Counted from the stretch's first letter, positions 46,556 to 57,463 are shown. The stretch is DNA of 64,000 nucleotides from Candidatus Heimdallarchaeota archaeon (GCA_018238545.1 JABCTC010000004.1:1-64000), one strand, 5' to 3'. Program-made: numbers and translations. The notes: generated by a model not told the origin, from the sequence alone.

Positions 46556-47932
46556 TTAGACTATCTTTAGATCTTTTCTTTGATACTTCATTGCATAACA
46601 GCTTGTAGCAAAGATATAACTAGGATAAAAGCACAATTTAATAGAATATGCAGACTTGGAAAAAATAGAAGAAAAACTTGCATTTCTAGGGAACATTGCA
46701 AAATAAAGAGACCTATTGCTTGGACTATCTGGACCAGAGCTAGGAAGAGTTTCTGCCCAAAGAAGGTAAACTCTGTCACTATTTACTCCTAATTGGAAAG
46801 GTATAGTTATTATTGAAGAATGATTGTACGCTACTTTTGTTAAAGTTAATTTCCCCTCTGTATATAAACCTAAAAAGCAGTTACTCTGATTGTAAATTTC
46901 TTTCATAAATAGAGATATTGATCCATTATCCCAATGATACATACATCTATCAAAAAGATTGAAAGCATGAGGTAATGAAAGAAGAGAAAGAACATTCAAA
47001 TTATTATTAAGCAAACTAGCAGAATATAAGGTTGTGTGAGTGTAAGACTCAAGGGAATAAGGAACATAATTTAGTCCGTAAAAATACATTGCAAAATTAC
47101 TGTTTTTTTCATCAAAACCACAAACAAATAAATCTTGCTCAGGGAAGCTTATAGTAAAATTTAACCAACTACTTGTTTCATTTCTTATAGATAAATTTAA
47201 CTCAATAAGATCAGTTGACTCATTATAAAAACTCCAGCAAATTAATGGTTTATCTTGATAAAGATAGAAATAAGCTCTTCCTAAATTTTGTAGATTTCCA
47301 GAAAAAGTTATTGTTTCTAGATTCCAGTTATCTTCAACTAGTTCTAAGATGTAAAAAGTGTAATTGCTTCTTGTTCCCCAACCATCATATAAATCACTAA
47401 AACATACTAATACAGAGTTAGAAGAATTAGCTTGAACACCAATAACTCTTGAAAAAGTATCAGACAGAGTATTATCGAGAAAAGTAGGTGCAGGAAACCA
47501 ATTTTCAAAATCTTCAGTATATTGCCCTACAACCTTAGGAAAAAATAAACCATTTTGCCCATTTGCAAATAGATAATTTTTTCCTTTTGTAGTAGTTATA
47601 CCTCGTATACCTGAGAAACCTGAAACCCCCCCTCTTTCATTGTTCTTCCTAGTATCTATATTTTTTGAAAAAGATAACTGATTTGTACTTTCTGTAATAA
47701 TTGACCAACTAAGTAGTTCACAGTCATTAGTGAAGAAGCTATAAAGTAGATTGATTTTAGTATTGTTTTCAAAAAAAAACGAACCAGTTCTACCATTATC
47801 AAAACATATGAGAAAAGAATCATCGCTTTCATCGGTATTAGTTGCTATGAAAAAACTAACAACCATGATACTGATAATAATAATTAAGGAAGAAACTATT
47901 TTTATTATTTTTTCTTTATTTATTTCAATCAT
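46556..47932 (-). CDS. hypothetical membrane-anchored extracellular protein (beta-rich)
   Basis: 458-aa ORF with N-terminal TM; no recognised family. Confidence 0.7.
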   Translation of the reverse strand: MIEINKEKIIKIVSSLIIIISIMVVSFFIATNTDESDDSFLICFDNGRTGSFFFENNTKINLLYSFFTNDCELLSWSIITESTNQLSFSKNIDTRKNNERGGVSGFSGIRGITTTKGKNYLFANGQNGLFFPKVVGQYTEDFENWFPAPTFLDNTLSDTFSRVIGVQANSSNSVLVCFSDLYDGWGTRSNYTFYILELVEDNWNLETITFSGNLQNLGRAYFYLYQDKPLICWSFYNESTDLIELNLSIRNETSSWLNFTISFPEQDLFVCGFDEKNSNFAMYFYGLNYVPYSLESYTHTTLYSASLLNNNLNVLSLLSLPHAFNLFDRCMYHWDNGSISLFMKEIYNQSNCFLGLYTEGKLTLTKVAYNHSSIITIPFQLGVNSDRVYLLWAETLPSSGPDSPSNRSLYFAMFPRNASFSSIFSKSAYSIKLCFYPSYIFATSCYAMKYQRKDLKIV

Positions 47933-48106
47933 CTCTTTATTGATTCACATATCTGCGTATAAACTATTAAACTTACATTACATTATTAAGACTATCACAG
48001 TCTATTATTTGTGTCTGTTACAAAAACTAAATATGATAGTTTCTTTGAAATCTATTAATAAAGTCATAGTTGATTTGCCCTAAATAAGGTAATATTTGTA
48101 GAATTA

Positions 48107-49462
48107 TTACCTAAATAAATGCCCACCACCACCTCCTCCTCCTGAAGGTGGTGCATAATAGTCATAAGCCCAGTTGCAGTAATCAAAGAAGTCTACACAA
48201 CCCCAACCTACTTGGTGATACCAGTATTTATCATTACCAATACCAGGTTCTTTCGTCTGATCACCCATTAAGTAATAGCCTTCAGAATACTGAGAAAAAA
48301 GGTAGTAAATCTCAGATGGAAGCACAGTGTTACTAGAGTATCTATAGTATTGAATTTTATATATAAAAAAGACAACCACAGCGACAATGGGGGTTGCCAG
48401 GCTTGTACCTGTACCAACAAAATAATCTAAATCGTTATCATCATCTAAATCAAAGAAAACTTCTATTGAATCTCCTGGTGCAACTACTGTTGGGGAAGAT
48501 TCACGCGGTGATGGATTAGAATCATCAGATCTCCAAAAGCAACTTGCACAAGTTGAACCTCTGGCTAGTGTCATTCTATAACTACTCCAGTCTCCTTGAG
48601 CTATAATCCCTCCTACACTATAAGAATTATAATAAGCTGCTGGATATATTTGTTGTTCAGAATTTATATCATCTTGATATTCATTTCCAGAAGCTGATAT
48701 GAAAGTCATGTAGTAGGGTGCTAAACTTAGCTCATTTATCTTCTGATTTATGTTTGAATTGAATATATTTCCCCCAATTGACATCGATACAACTTTGACT
48801 TTGATTCCTTGACCCCAAAGCCAATCTAGTTCTAAAAGAGCATCGTATACCTTATTTGAATCTATTACTCCTCCAGCTGATGCGACTTGAAAAACAAGTA
48901 ATTCAGAATTTGTTCCTTCTAATAAGCTTCCAATCAAACTGCATATAGCAGAACCATGCTTAATATAGTGACCACTAAGACTAAATTGTGTATAATCATG
49001 ACCATGAAACGATTCAAAAAAGGTCCATTCAGTATTTTGATTTGTCTCATGTTTGAAAAATCTTACATTCACCCCTGGATATCTATCCTCAATTTCAGAC
49101 CAAGTTTTGTGATCTAGTCCTGTATCAAACACTGCAATGCGATATCCACTACTATCATCAGAGATTGCAGAAAAAAGTTGAGGATTATTCCTTAAATCAT
49201 CTAATCTAACCCAATTCATTATTTCTTCGTTAGATCCACTACCTCCTATACTTGTTATATCAAACAATGAATCTACTCTCTGCTGTTTGTATAAATCAAT
49301 AATTATACCCGCAGAGATACTATTTCCAAAAACAAAAATAAGCAATATTGCTAAAAAAGATATTTTACTATTCAACAACTCACATCCTCTAGAGTAATAT
49401 TTATCATTATAATATAATAATATTTTGTATATTTTGTATAACTCTTGAAGCTCTAAACTCAA
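48107..49462 (-). CDS. S8 (subtilisin-like) serine peptidase, secreted
   Basis: Triad FDTG/KHGS/GTSLATP; oxyanion SGN; poly-Gly tail; true start probably ~49378. Confidence 0.88.
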   Translation of the reverse strand: MSLELQELYKIYKILLYYNDKYYSRGCELLNSKISFLAILLIFVFGNSISAGIIIDLYKQQRVDSLFDITSIGGSGSNEEIMNWVRLDDLRNNPQLFSAISDDSSGYRIAVFDTGLDHKTWSEIEDRYPGVNVRFFKHETNQNTEWTFFESFHGHDYTQFSLSGHYIKHGSAICSLIGSLLEGTNSELLVFQVASAGGVIDSNKVYDALLELDWLWGQGIKVKVVSMSIGGNIFNSNINQKINELSLAPYYMTFISASGNEYQDDINSEQQIYPAAYYNSYSVGGIIAQGDWSSYRMTLARGSTCASCFWRSDDSNPSPRESSPTVVAPGDSIEVFFDLDDDNDLDYFVGTGTSLATPIVAVVVFFIYKIQYYRYSSNTVLPSEIYYLFSQYSEGYYLMGDQTKEPGIGNDKYWYHQVGWGCVDFFDYCNWAYDYYAPPSGGGGGGGHLFR

Positions 49463-49586
49463 TATAGATTAGCTTCTCTCCTATGAAAGATGGTTTTGGT
49501 TGGCTGAATCACATATCTTTCACTAAGGATTGGAGTCTCAAATAGCTCAATCCGTTAATAATAAAAATATTTCTTAGTTTTCGAAT

Positions 49587-50057
49587 TTAATTGCAATAAT
49601 TTTCAGATGAATTCCTTCTAACAACATTGTAGAGAACTGTTCCAATTCCTAAAAGAATAAAAAGTCCATATTTCAGATACCAATTTGGAATGAAAATAAT
49701 AATTGCCAGAAGTGCTCCCATTCCAACTCCTAAAGTAAAACGCATGAGAGCTTTATTCCATTTATTCCTTGGTTTGATTACTAACTGAAGTAGTGCAATA
49801 GAAACTCCAAATGAAGTGACCAAAGCCAAAATAAGAGGGTAAGCTCTGAAAGTATCTAAGAAGCTAAACAAGAATATACTGAAAAAAATGATGCCTAAGA
49901 ATACGCTAGTGCATCCAACGCACAAATAAAATGGTCCAATTTTGAAAACATGGTTCTTACATTCTTCACTAATTTCATGATGTGCCAAATAAAGATCTGA
50001 GAAATTCTTCAATCTTTCTTTGATTGGTAATTTCTCTTCCCCTTTCTCAGCATCCAT
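49587..50057 (-). CDS. 4-TM membrane protein with HH...H...CxxC metal site (DUF2085-like)
   Basis: AHH..ECKNHVF...LCVGC followed by four TMs. Confidence 0.75.
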   Translation of the reverse strand: MDAEKGEEKLPIKERLKNFSDLYLAHHEISEECKNHVFKIGPFYLCVGCTSVFLGIIFFSIFLFSFLDTFRAYPLILALVTSFGVSIALLQLVIKPRNKWNKALMRFTLGVGMGALLAIIIFIPNWYLKYGLFILLGIGTVLYNVVRRNSSENYCN

Positions 50058-50064
50058 CTAAAAT

Positions 50065-50826
50065 TCATCTACCTATAATTAATCTAAATAATAGTACAAC
50101 TTTCTTCTTCAGATTTATTTCAATCAGTGTACCATCTGTTAATAACTCTGTAGGTTTTCCAAGTGATTCAAGTTTGGAAGATGAGATGATAATAGAATCT
50201 AATGTTTCGTACAATTTCATGGTATAGTAAAGTGGGTTCTTCCGATGATATGATCCAACCCAAGCTTTTTCTCTTGAAGCTAAAATAAAATTCGCACCAG
50301 TATAATCCCATTCACCCATAATGGATTCAACAAGTGATTTTTTCATCGTCCAATCATTTTCTCTCAGAGAAGTTAATAGTGAATAGAAGTATTTTTCTGA
50401 GTCTGTCGTACCTCTAAGATAAAATTTCTCTTTGCAATAATTGTTTATCTGAGATGTAATTGTTCCATGATGAGCAAAGACATACTCATCTCCATTGTAC
50501 CAATAGAATGGATGATTGTTTGATAACTTCACTGCCATATTGGGTGAAGCTCTTCTAGCATGAGCTAATAGAATAGGTGATTGGATTTTTTCCCATTCAG
50601 GGATAGGGGGTCGTTCACTAATTGATTCATTGAATCTTCTCACTTCATAATGATCATTATGCATGAATGAGTAACCATAACCATCAACATGGTTGAAGAG
50701 CTTGTTTTCGTTATGTTCATGTACATCCTTCTTCATTTCTCCAACATAATCTGAACAAGTATCAAGATAGTCTTGGTAAACTGATGATGAAACATTATTA
50801 CCTATTTGGAAAAATAAGCGACACAT
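50065..50826 (-). CDS. class II glutamine amidotransferase
   Basis: N-terminal MCR, HVDGYG, HARRAS, NHPF, TDSE. Confidence 0.9.
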   Translation of the reverse strand: MCRLFFQIGNNVSSSVYQDYLDTCSDYVGEMKKDVHEHNENKLFNHVDGYGYSFMHNDHYEVRRFNESISERPPIPEWEKIQSPILLAHARRASPNMAVKLSNNHPFYWYNGDEYVFAHHGTITSQINNYCKEKFYLRGTTDSEKYFYSLLTSLRENDWTMKKSLVESIMGEWDYTGANFILASREKAWVGSYHRKNPLYYTMKLYETLDSIIISSSKLESLGKPTELLTDGTLIEINLKKKVVLLFRLIIGR

Positions 50827-50956
50827 TTTTGCTAACCAATGATGTACTTAGTTGTCTTTTCTTAAAACTTTCTCCTAAAATAAATTTAATTAGCTACTAT
50901 CACCAAATTTTCTTCCTAACCCTAACATTTTTTTATGTCTGGAGAAATTTTATTTC

Positions 50957-52252
50957 ATGCCCGAATCAACTTACAAACATATAAATGATATAGAAACCTC
51001 GGACAAAGAAGTAAAAATTCGAGGATGGGTTTATAGAATCCGTAAAATGAAAGACAAGGTATTTGTCGTTTTACGAGACGCTACTGGTATACTTCAATGT
51101 ATTGGAAAGCTAGAAGATCTCTCTGAAGAAGCTTGGAACAATCTTAATGAAGTAGCTATTGAGAATGCTATTGCTGTTAAAGGCAATGCTAAAGAAGATT
51201 CTAGGGCAGTAAATAATATCGAGGTAGTTCTAACTGATTTCACCATCATTCACAAAGGTGAAGTTTTCCCTATTGCTAAGGATCAAAGCAAAGAATTCAT
51301 GTTAGATAACACCCATTTATTTGTTAGAAGCTACAAATCAACTAACATCATGAAAGTCAAAGCTAACGTTCTAAGAGCAGCTAGAGAATGGTTTTATGAT
51401 AACAAATTCTACGAAGTCACACCACCCATATTGACAGGTTCTGCTTGTGAAGGAGGCTCTACTCTATTTGATTTGAAGTATTTCGATCAGAAAGCATATT
51501 TGAGTCAAAGCGTTCAACTTTATCTTGAAGCATTGATATACAGTTTAGAGAAAGTGTATGCAATTACTCCAAGTTTCAGAGCAGAAAAGATGAGAACAAA
51601 AAGACACATCAATGAATTCTGGCACATAGAGGGTGAAGAAGCATTTGTGGATTTTGAAGGAAACATGAAGATACAAGAAGAACTTGTTGCTTTCATAGTC
51701 CAATATGTTCTTGAGAACAACAAGAAGGAACTTAAAGAACTGGAAAGAGACACTACAATCTTGGAACAAATAAAAGCTCCTTTCAAGAAAATCACTTACG
51801 AAGAAGCTATCAACACTCTAAATGAAAATGGTCACAAATTGAAATGGGATGATGACATTAAAACAGAGGAAGAAAGAGATCTCTCAAACATAATAGGGGA
51901 ACCTTTCTTCGTTTCCATGTATCCCTCGGCTCACAAACCATTCTACGTTAAAATCAATGAAAAAGATCCAAAATGGTGCTATTCAGCTGATCTTATGGCT
52001 TCAGAAGGATTTGGTGAGATAATCACTGGTGGTCAGAGAGAAGATGTTCTAAAAACACTAGTAGAAAGGATTATTGCCGAAGGTTGGTCACCTGAAGATT
52101 ACGAATGGTACATAGATTTACGTAAATATGGTTCCGTTTATCATTCTGGTTTTGGTTTAGGAGCTGAAAGACTTACATGGTGGTTATGTGGTCTTGATGC
52201 TATTCAAGAAACCCAACCCTTCCCAAGAACAAGGAACAGAATTTATCCTTGA
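50957..52252 (+). CDS. asnS: asparagine--tRNA ligase
   Basis: OB fold (IRGWV..LRD), CEGGSTLF, LSQSVQLYLE, FRAE..RH, GFGLGAER. Confidence 0.88.
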   Translation: MPESTYKHINDIETSDKEVKIRGWVYRIRKMKDKVFVVLRDATGILQCIGKLEDLSEEAWNNLNEVAIENAIAVKGNAKEDSRAVNNIEVVLTDFTIIHKGEVFPIAKDQSKEFMLDNTHLFVRSYKSTNIMKVKANVLRAAREWFYDNKFYEVTPPILTGSACEGGSTLFDLKYFDQKAYLSQSVQLYLEALIYSLEKVYAITPSFRAEKMRTKRHINEFWHIEGEEAFVDFEGNMKIQEELVAFIVQYVLENNKKELKELERDTTILEQIKAPFKKITYEEAINTLNENGHKLKWDDDIKTEEERDLSNIIGEPFFVSMYPSAHKPFYVKINEKDPKWCYSADLMASEGFGEIITGGQREDVLKTLVERIIAEGWSPEDYEWYIDLRKYGSVYHSGFGLGAERLTWWLCGLDAIQETQPFPRTRNRIYP

Positions 52253-52275
52253 TTTTTCTCTTTTTCATGAAGATT

Positions 52276-53600
52276 TTATTTCTTTTTAATGAATTCAAAA
52301 ATTTCTGATTTGTTGTTTACATATAGCTGGTTGGACATACCCACATTTCTTTTTACAATGAGTTCTTTATTTTCCAATTTAACAATTATTCTTGATATAC
52401 TAGCCTTAGATAAATTTAAAGCATTAGCTATTTTGATTTGTGTTGTACCTGGATTTGATACTATCTCATCAAAAACCTTCATCTCTGTTTCTTTAAGAAT
52501 AGATGATAACTTTTCTTGGTCGAAGGAATAGGTTTCCACAAGTTTTTCAGATACTACACCCATCTTCTTCAACTTCCTCCAGTTAAGAAAGAGTAATGTT
52601 GAACCAATAATTAGAAATGTAAAGAGAACAGATAATATAATAATTGTAATTGTTAAAGGTTGTATATAATTATTTACAGTAAAAGTAATAGAACATTCTA
52701 AGTAAGCATAAAGAGATACATTGGTTAGAAAAGTTATTTTGCCCTCAAATTCACCGATTCTAGAGATATCAATTTCCACATCTTATATTTCTGTATATCC
52801 ACCCATGTTTCATCTGACAATATAGATACATTAACTGGGATATTCAGAAGATTTGTTATCACATATTGTTTTACAATACTTGTTTGACTTTTAGGAATAA
52901 TTCCAAGATCCCAAGAGTTTGGAGTTACCAATATAGGTAGATATTCGAGATTAATCTCATATGATATCATCAAGTCAAAATTAGCTATATTAGAAAGTTC
53001 CCAAGATAATTTCAACCTTTGATTCACAATATTAGTTGAGTGAGCAGGTGGAGAGCTAGATCTTAGCACTAAATTTGGATCTATATATGCAGAAACTGAA
53101 TAGACAGAGATATTTTGCGTCCAAGATAAGCTTGAATTTAACATGAAATCATTATTTTCAACAGAAGGCAGGAAGCTGGATAGTAAAACAATACTGTAGG
53201 TTTCACCTAAATTCAATATTTCCGGCAATTCATATGAAACATTTGTGAAACCTGTGCTAGCATTGTAAAAAGATGAAACAAGGAGATTTCTGTTCCACTC
53301 ATCTGTTACAATTATTTCAGAGTGATCTCCAGAAAGTTGTAAACTATCAAAAAAATAACTTGCTGATTCAACAACTTGTCTGTACTCAACAAATATTGTT
53401 AAGCTAACTCTTGTAACTGTTACTGAATAAGTTATATCCACACTAGAAATCATCGTAGAAAGGTCATCAATGATAATATTATCTGAATATGGACTAAAAT
53501 TTGTAGTAGCGTTACAGAAAATTAATGGATAAAAAAGAAGACATGAAAATAATACCAGTCCTAATTTCTTCATTTTTATCATCTGATTTATTAATTTCAT
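52276..53600 (-). pseudogene. membrane-anchored wHTH regulator with extracellular Ig-like part, split into two overlapping ORFs (52734..53600 and 52276..52779)
   Basis: Upstream ORF has a signal peptide and breaks inside a beta-domain; the overlapping ORF continues with beta strands, TM and MarR-like wHTH (TQIKIANALNLSKASISR). Confidence 0.55.
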
Positions 53601-53650
53601 TTTCCAGTTTTTTAATCTTGTTGCTTAATTCTTCCTCTGAAAGATACATT

Positions 53651-55627
53651 TTACAACCTATCTTGCTGATTTCGTCGTTTTTTACTGTAGAACAAGTTCT
53701 TCAATTTATTATTAGAACTGAGAAATATCAAAATAATAGCAAAAAAGATTGAAGAAAGATAACTTGTAGATGTGGGAGTTTCAATATAACCTGCTGCCGT
53801 TAACCATTCTGTAGTTTTATTGAGATTGTAATCATATTTTACAACATCATCATTATACCAATATTCCAATAAAGAAGGAATAACACTATGAGTAACTAAA
53901 TACTCTCCATTGTTAATTTCTTGATTTAGTTCTTCACGATTTATAGCATAGCAGATAGCTTTTCTGACAGCTGTTCCTTTTGTATACTCTTCTTTTCCTA
54001 CTTCATCTAAGTAGATAAAATTGGATGCACCTCCAATAAACGATCTGCGTAAATTGAATGCTAGGAAGGAAAATGTGTTAGTAAATCTAGAATGTATTGT
54101 GAATTGAGGATCTTGTTCCATAACTCTTCTTTCTTCTGAGAAAATGCTTAAGTAGTACATTAGGTCATAATTTCCTTCCATGAACCCATTAAATTCACCC
54201 CACACATCAGGCTCAACAATAATTTTTATTGTTTCCAGATCAAGTGTTTGGGTTTCACCATTTTTTGCCCCAATATTCATCCACCAAGGTGATTTTTGAA
54301 GCACGGTTATAATGCTGGAGTTATGATAATCTAGCAAATATTTACCACAACCAAAGCTAGATTTGTAATATGTTTCCCAAGTTGTTGTATTATCTATTCC
54401 TTCGTATATACCTTTCATTTCAATTCCTCCTGAGCTTAAACTTGAAACACTAGAAGTCGAATTTAGAAAGAATTCAGGAAGTATATATTCTGTCAAAGAC
54501 AGCCAAAAAGAAGGATATGCTTCCAGCTCTTGCGTTTCAGGATCTCCATCTATTTCAATAAAAAAAACAAGATTATCTTCAGGATCTATCCAAGCTTTAT
54601 TAAGCCAATTAAATCTTTCAGAATATTCGCTTATCAAAGGATTTGCTAATGAGAGCAGAGTGAATATAACATCTTCTGAGGTGACTTGTTGATTTGTTCC
54701 ATTACTAAATTCATCTTGTAACCCAATCATAAGAGGAGTTGTATTGATATCGAGTTTTAAGGAATGTTCATCACGGTTTGTAATGTTAAATGAAGGGTTC
54801 CAGTAAACATTGTCGCGCATCGTGAATTTGAACAAGTTAGAATTAGTAGTACTTTGAGCCCAATCAATGATTAAACCTGTTTTGAGGGGTTCAAGACTTG
54901 GCTTTAATTGCAATGTTTGTTCGCTTATTAACGAAAAGACAAAATCGCTTGAATGTTCTTCATAAGGATTAAAATATTCCCACTTGGCATCTGTTAACAC
55001 TAATTCTTCGACTGAAGATTGGTTTATGTGGAGTCCTTCAAAACGCATATATGGCAAAGAATCAGTTAAGCCCCATTTGAAGTCAAATCCCTTAAGATTA
55101 CTCCAAGTAGCTGCATAAGAATATGATGAAAATAATGGTAACATAGGTAGAATTTTATCTAAAAGTAATTCTTGCCATTCGTAACAGATTTGCTGTCTTG
55201 CTTCAAAATCCATTGTCTCTGAAATTTGTTCAAGCAGATGTTCATTTGATGCCCCATAGGGGATTTCAGTATTTACGCCTACAAAGTTCAACGTTCCGTT
55301 TTCTGAGAAAAAAACACTCATATCAGGGTCATAACCTCCTGTCATTCCAGTAATTATAAAATCAAAATCATGTGTATTAAGAATAATATCTACAAATACT
55401 GTCCACTCAACAATCTTCAGTGTGATGATGATTCCATAAGGTCTTAGATATTCCATGATGTATGCATTATAATCTCGGATCACCCCTCCTCCTTGCACAA
55501 TCGTTGTTAAATATACTTTATTTGATGTATATTCGCCTTCTACCTTGTGAATCATCGAGGTTGCGAAAAATACAATTAAAATCAAGCTTATACTTTTTTT
55601 CTTGTTGAGCTTCATCATTTCTTTCAA
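53651..55627 (-). CDS. ABC transporter substrate-binding protein, family 5 (peptide/nickel), orphan
   Basis: GCGKY, VRKAICYAINR, YDYN...L..AG motifs; C-terminal TM. Confidence 0.82.
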   Translation of the reverse strand: MKEMMKLNKKKSISLILIVFFATSMIHKVEGEYTSNKVYLTTIVQGGGVIRDYNAYIMEYLRPYGIIITLKIVEWTVFVDIILNTHDFDFIITGMTGGYDPDMSVFFSENGTLNFVGVNTEIPYGASNEHLLEQISETMDFEARQQICYEWQELLLDKILPMLPLFSSYSYAATWSNLKGFDFKWGLTDSLPYMRFEGLHINQSSVEELVLTDAKWEYFNPYEEHSSDFVFSLISEQTLQLKPSLEPLKTGLIIDWAQSTTNSNLFKFTMRDNVYWNPSFNITNRDEHSLKLDINTTPLMIGLQDEFSNGTNQQVTSEDVIFTLLSLANPLISEYSERFNWLNKAWIDPEDNLVFFIEIDGDPETQELEAYPSFWLSLTEYILPEFFLNSTSSVSSLSSGGIEMKGIYEGIDNTTTWETYYKSSFGCGKYLLDYHNSSIITVLQKSPWWMNIGAKNGETQTLDLETIKIIVEPDVWGEFNGFMEGNYDLMYYLSIFSEERRVMEQDPQFTIHSRFTNTFSFLAFNLRRSFIGGASNFIYLDEVGKEEYTKGTAVRKAICYAINREELNQEINNGEYLVTHSVIPSLLEYWYNDDVVKYDYNLNKTTEWLTAAGYIETPTSTSYLSSIFFAIILIFLSSNNKLKNLFYSKKRRNQQDRL

Positions 55628-55728
55628 GAAATACTAAGTATGAAACAACCTAAAAGACTATTGCGTAACATATGTTCCGTTTTCTCAAAACAACGGATAA
55701 TAGAAAATAGAAAAAAAGTAAAGAATGT

Positions 55729-56571
55729 TTAATGCTCTTTGTGAGCATTATCGAAGAAATGTATTTTGTGATAAATTTCTCCATCTTTATTATGAGGAGT
55801 TCGAACTAAATGTCCACTTGCTTTCTCAAGTTCTCTAACTTCATCTGAAATAATACTTGCTTGTCTAACCATCTCGTGAGCAGCTGCTACCTTGATTAGT
55901 GCTCTGGTTTTATCTTTTTCACCCCAGCAACCATTTACATTTAGTTTTCCTGCATCTTGCAAGATTCTTAAAGCTGCAAAAGCTTTTGGTCTAGAATAGT
56001 CATTTCCAAAGGGATAGCTTTCTGTAACACCAATTGGCGATAGATTTCTTGTTGGTAATTCAGGTTTCTTTCCTTCTTTAAGCATGTCAATAACTTCATC
56101 AAACAATCTTGTGATGTAAGCGAATACTCCACAGGAACTGAATGTTTCTATGATATATCCATTGAAGAGACACATTTCTGTTGGGTCAAGAAAGTCTATT
56201 TTTGCACCAATCATTGGGTCAAACGAAACGATGACATAACCTACACCATCAGCTTTCCATTTCTCTCTCATTTCTTTATCAGCTGTATCAGATACGACGA
56301 TAACTGGAAACTTGTCTTTATATTTCTCAATAACTGCTTGTGGCCCTTTGTCTTTTGCGTTTGGCGAAATCATTACCATTAAATCAGTTTCAACTTGATC
56401 AATAAGAGGGAATAGCCTTTCTGCTGCTTCAGGTTTCATCTTTGTAGATGAGCTTAAGACTGTAACTTCTATATCTTTTCTACTCGCTCTTTCATCTAGC
56501 ATAATATCAATTAAGGTAGTTAACGTTATGTTACCTAGCTTAACAAATGTTATTTTAACCATAGTAATCAA
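55729..56571 (-). CDS. mtd: F420-dependent methylene-H4MPT dehydrogenase
   Basis: KLGNI, LDERA.R.DI, SPN, DPMIGA..FLDPTEM..FN, AAHE, RTPH; start probably at MVKITF. Confidence 0.9.
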   Translation of the reverse strand: MITMVKITFVKLGNITLTTLIDIMLDERASRKDIEVTVLSSSTKMKPEAAERLFPLIDQVETDLMVMISPNAKDKGPQAVIEKYKDKFPVIVVSDTADKEMREKWKADGVGYVIVSFDPMIGAKIDFLDPTEMCLFNGYIIETFSSCGVFAYITRLFDEVIDMLKEGKKPELPTRNLSPIGVTESYPFGNDYSRPKAFAALRILQDAGKLNVNGCWGEKDKTRALIKVAAAHEMVRQASIISDEVRELEKASGHLVRTPHNKDGEIYHKIHFFDNAHKEH

Positions 56572-56690
56572 ATAATATTTTTTGTCCCCTTTATTAACAT
56601 TATTTGTTTGACCTAATTATTGAATGTGGATGGTTTTAAAATTCAACAAATAGGAATATTTTTTAGAACACAAGTATTTAGAATATTCAT

Positions 56691-57407
56691 ATGGCAAAAC
56701 GAGACCCTTTGATTATTGGTACAGCTTCTGTACTTATAGTCGCTTTCACTATTTCTCTACTAAATATCTATGTTTTTCCAAACATATTCTTTTCTGTTGA
56801 TATCCACAGAAACACCGATAATGAAATTCAATTAGATATTTTACATGAAATTGAAAATATTGGGTTAAATACCTCTATCTGGGATGGAATCAACAGAACT
56901 AGATTAATTGTTGTTAATCCAGAGTTTTCTCTCACAAACATTACATTAATGTTAACGCGTTCACTTAACAAATATTCAGCGGCGTATGATTCTTACAATG
57001 ATAGACCAAGAAGAATAACTTTAGATTACAATGGAACAATCCTAGGAGCATCAAATGAATCAGCTGTATATCTTGATTGGATGGTATCTCTGTTTGGTGA
57101 AACTTATGCTGGAAATTACTTTGTATATCTTAATACAACATTAGATTATAATGCACATTCTAATCTCGAAGAATCGGAATTACCTTCTTTCAACAGAACA
57201 GATGTGGAAGGCAACCTTACTGCTATCTTGAATGACCCAACAAGAGAGCCATTCTTTGTTATCTACCAATCAATCAGTTATTATGAAAGTAGAGGTCTCT
57301 TCAGCTCTTATTCCATCAATTTTTCAAGACTTGTTCTTACAAATGAATTTGGTGATGTGATCTTCTTTCTATCTAACGAAGGTTCATGGAATAGTCCTTT
57401 GTTCTGA
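56691..57407 (+). CDS. hypothetical protein with N-terminal membrane anchor
   Basis: N-terminal TM; several N-x-S/T sequons. Confidence 0.65.
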   Translation: MAKRDPLIIGTASVLIVAFTISLLNIYVFPNIFFSVDIHRNTDNEIQLDILHEIENIGLNTSIWDGINRTRLIVVNPEFSLTNITLMLTRSLNKYSAAYDSYNDRPRRITLDYNGTILGASNESAVYLDWMVSLFGETYAGNYFVYLNTTLDYNAHSNLEESELPSFNRTDVEGNLTAILNDPTREPFFVIYQSISYYESRGLFSSYSINFSRLVLTNEFGDVIFFLSNEGSWNSPLF

Positions 57408-57463
57408 TAAAACTCCTTTTCCTTTTTCAAAATGTTTAAATCAAAACTACTGTTTGTATAATT

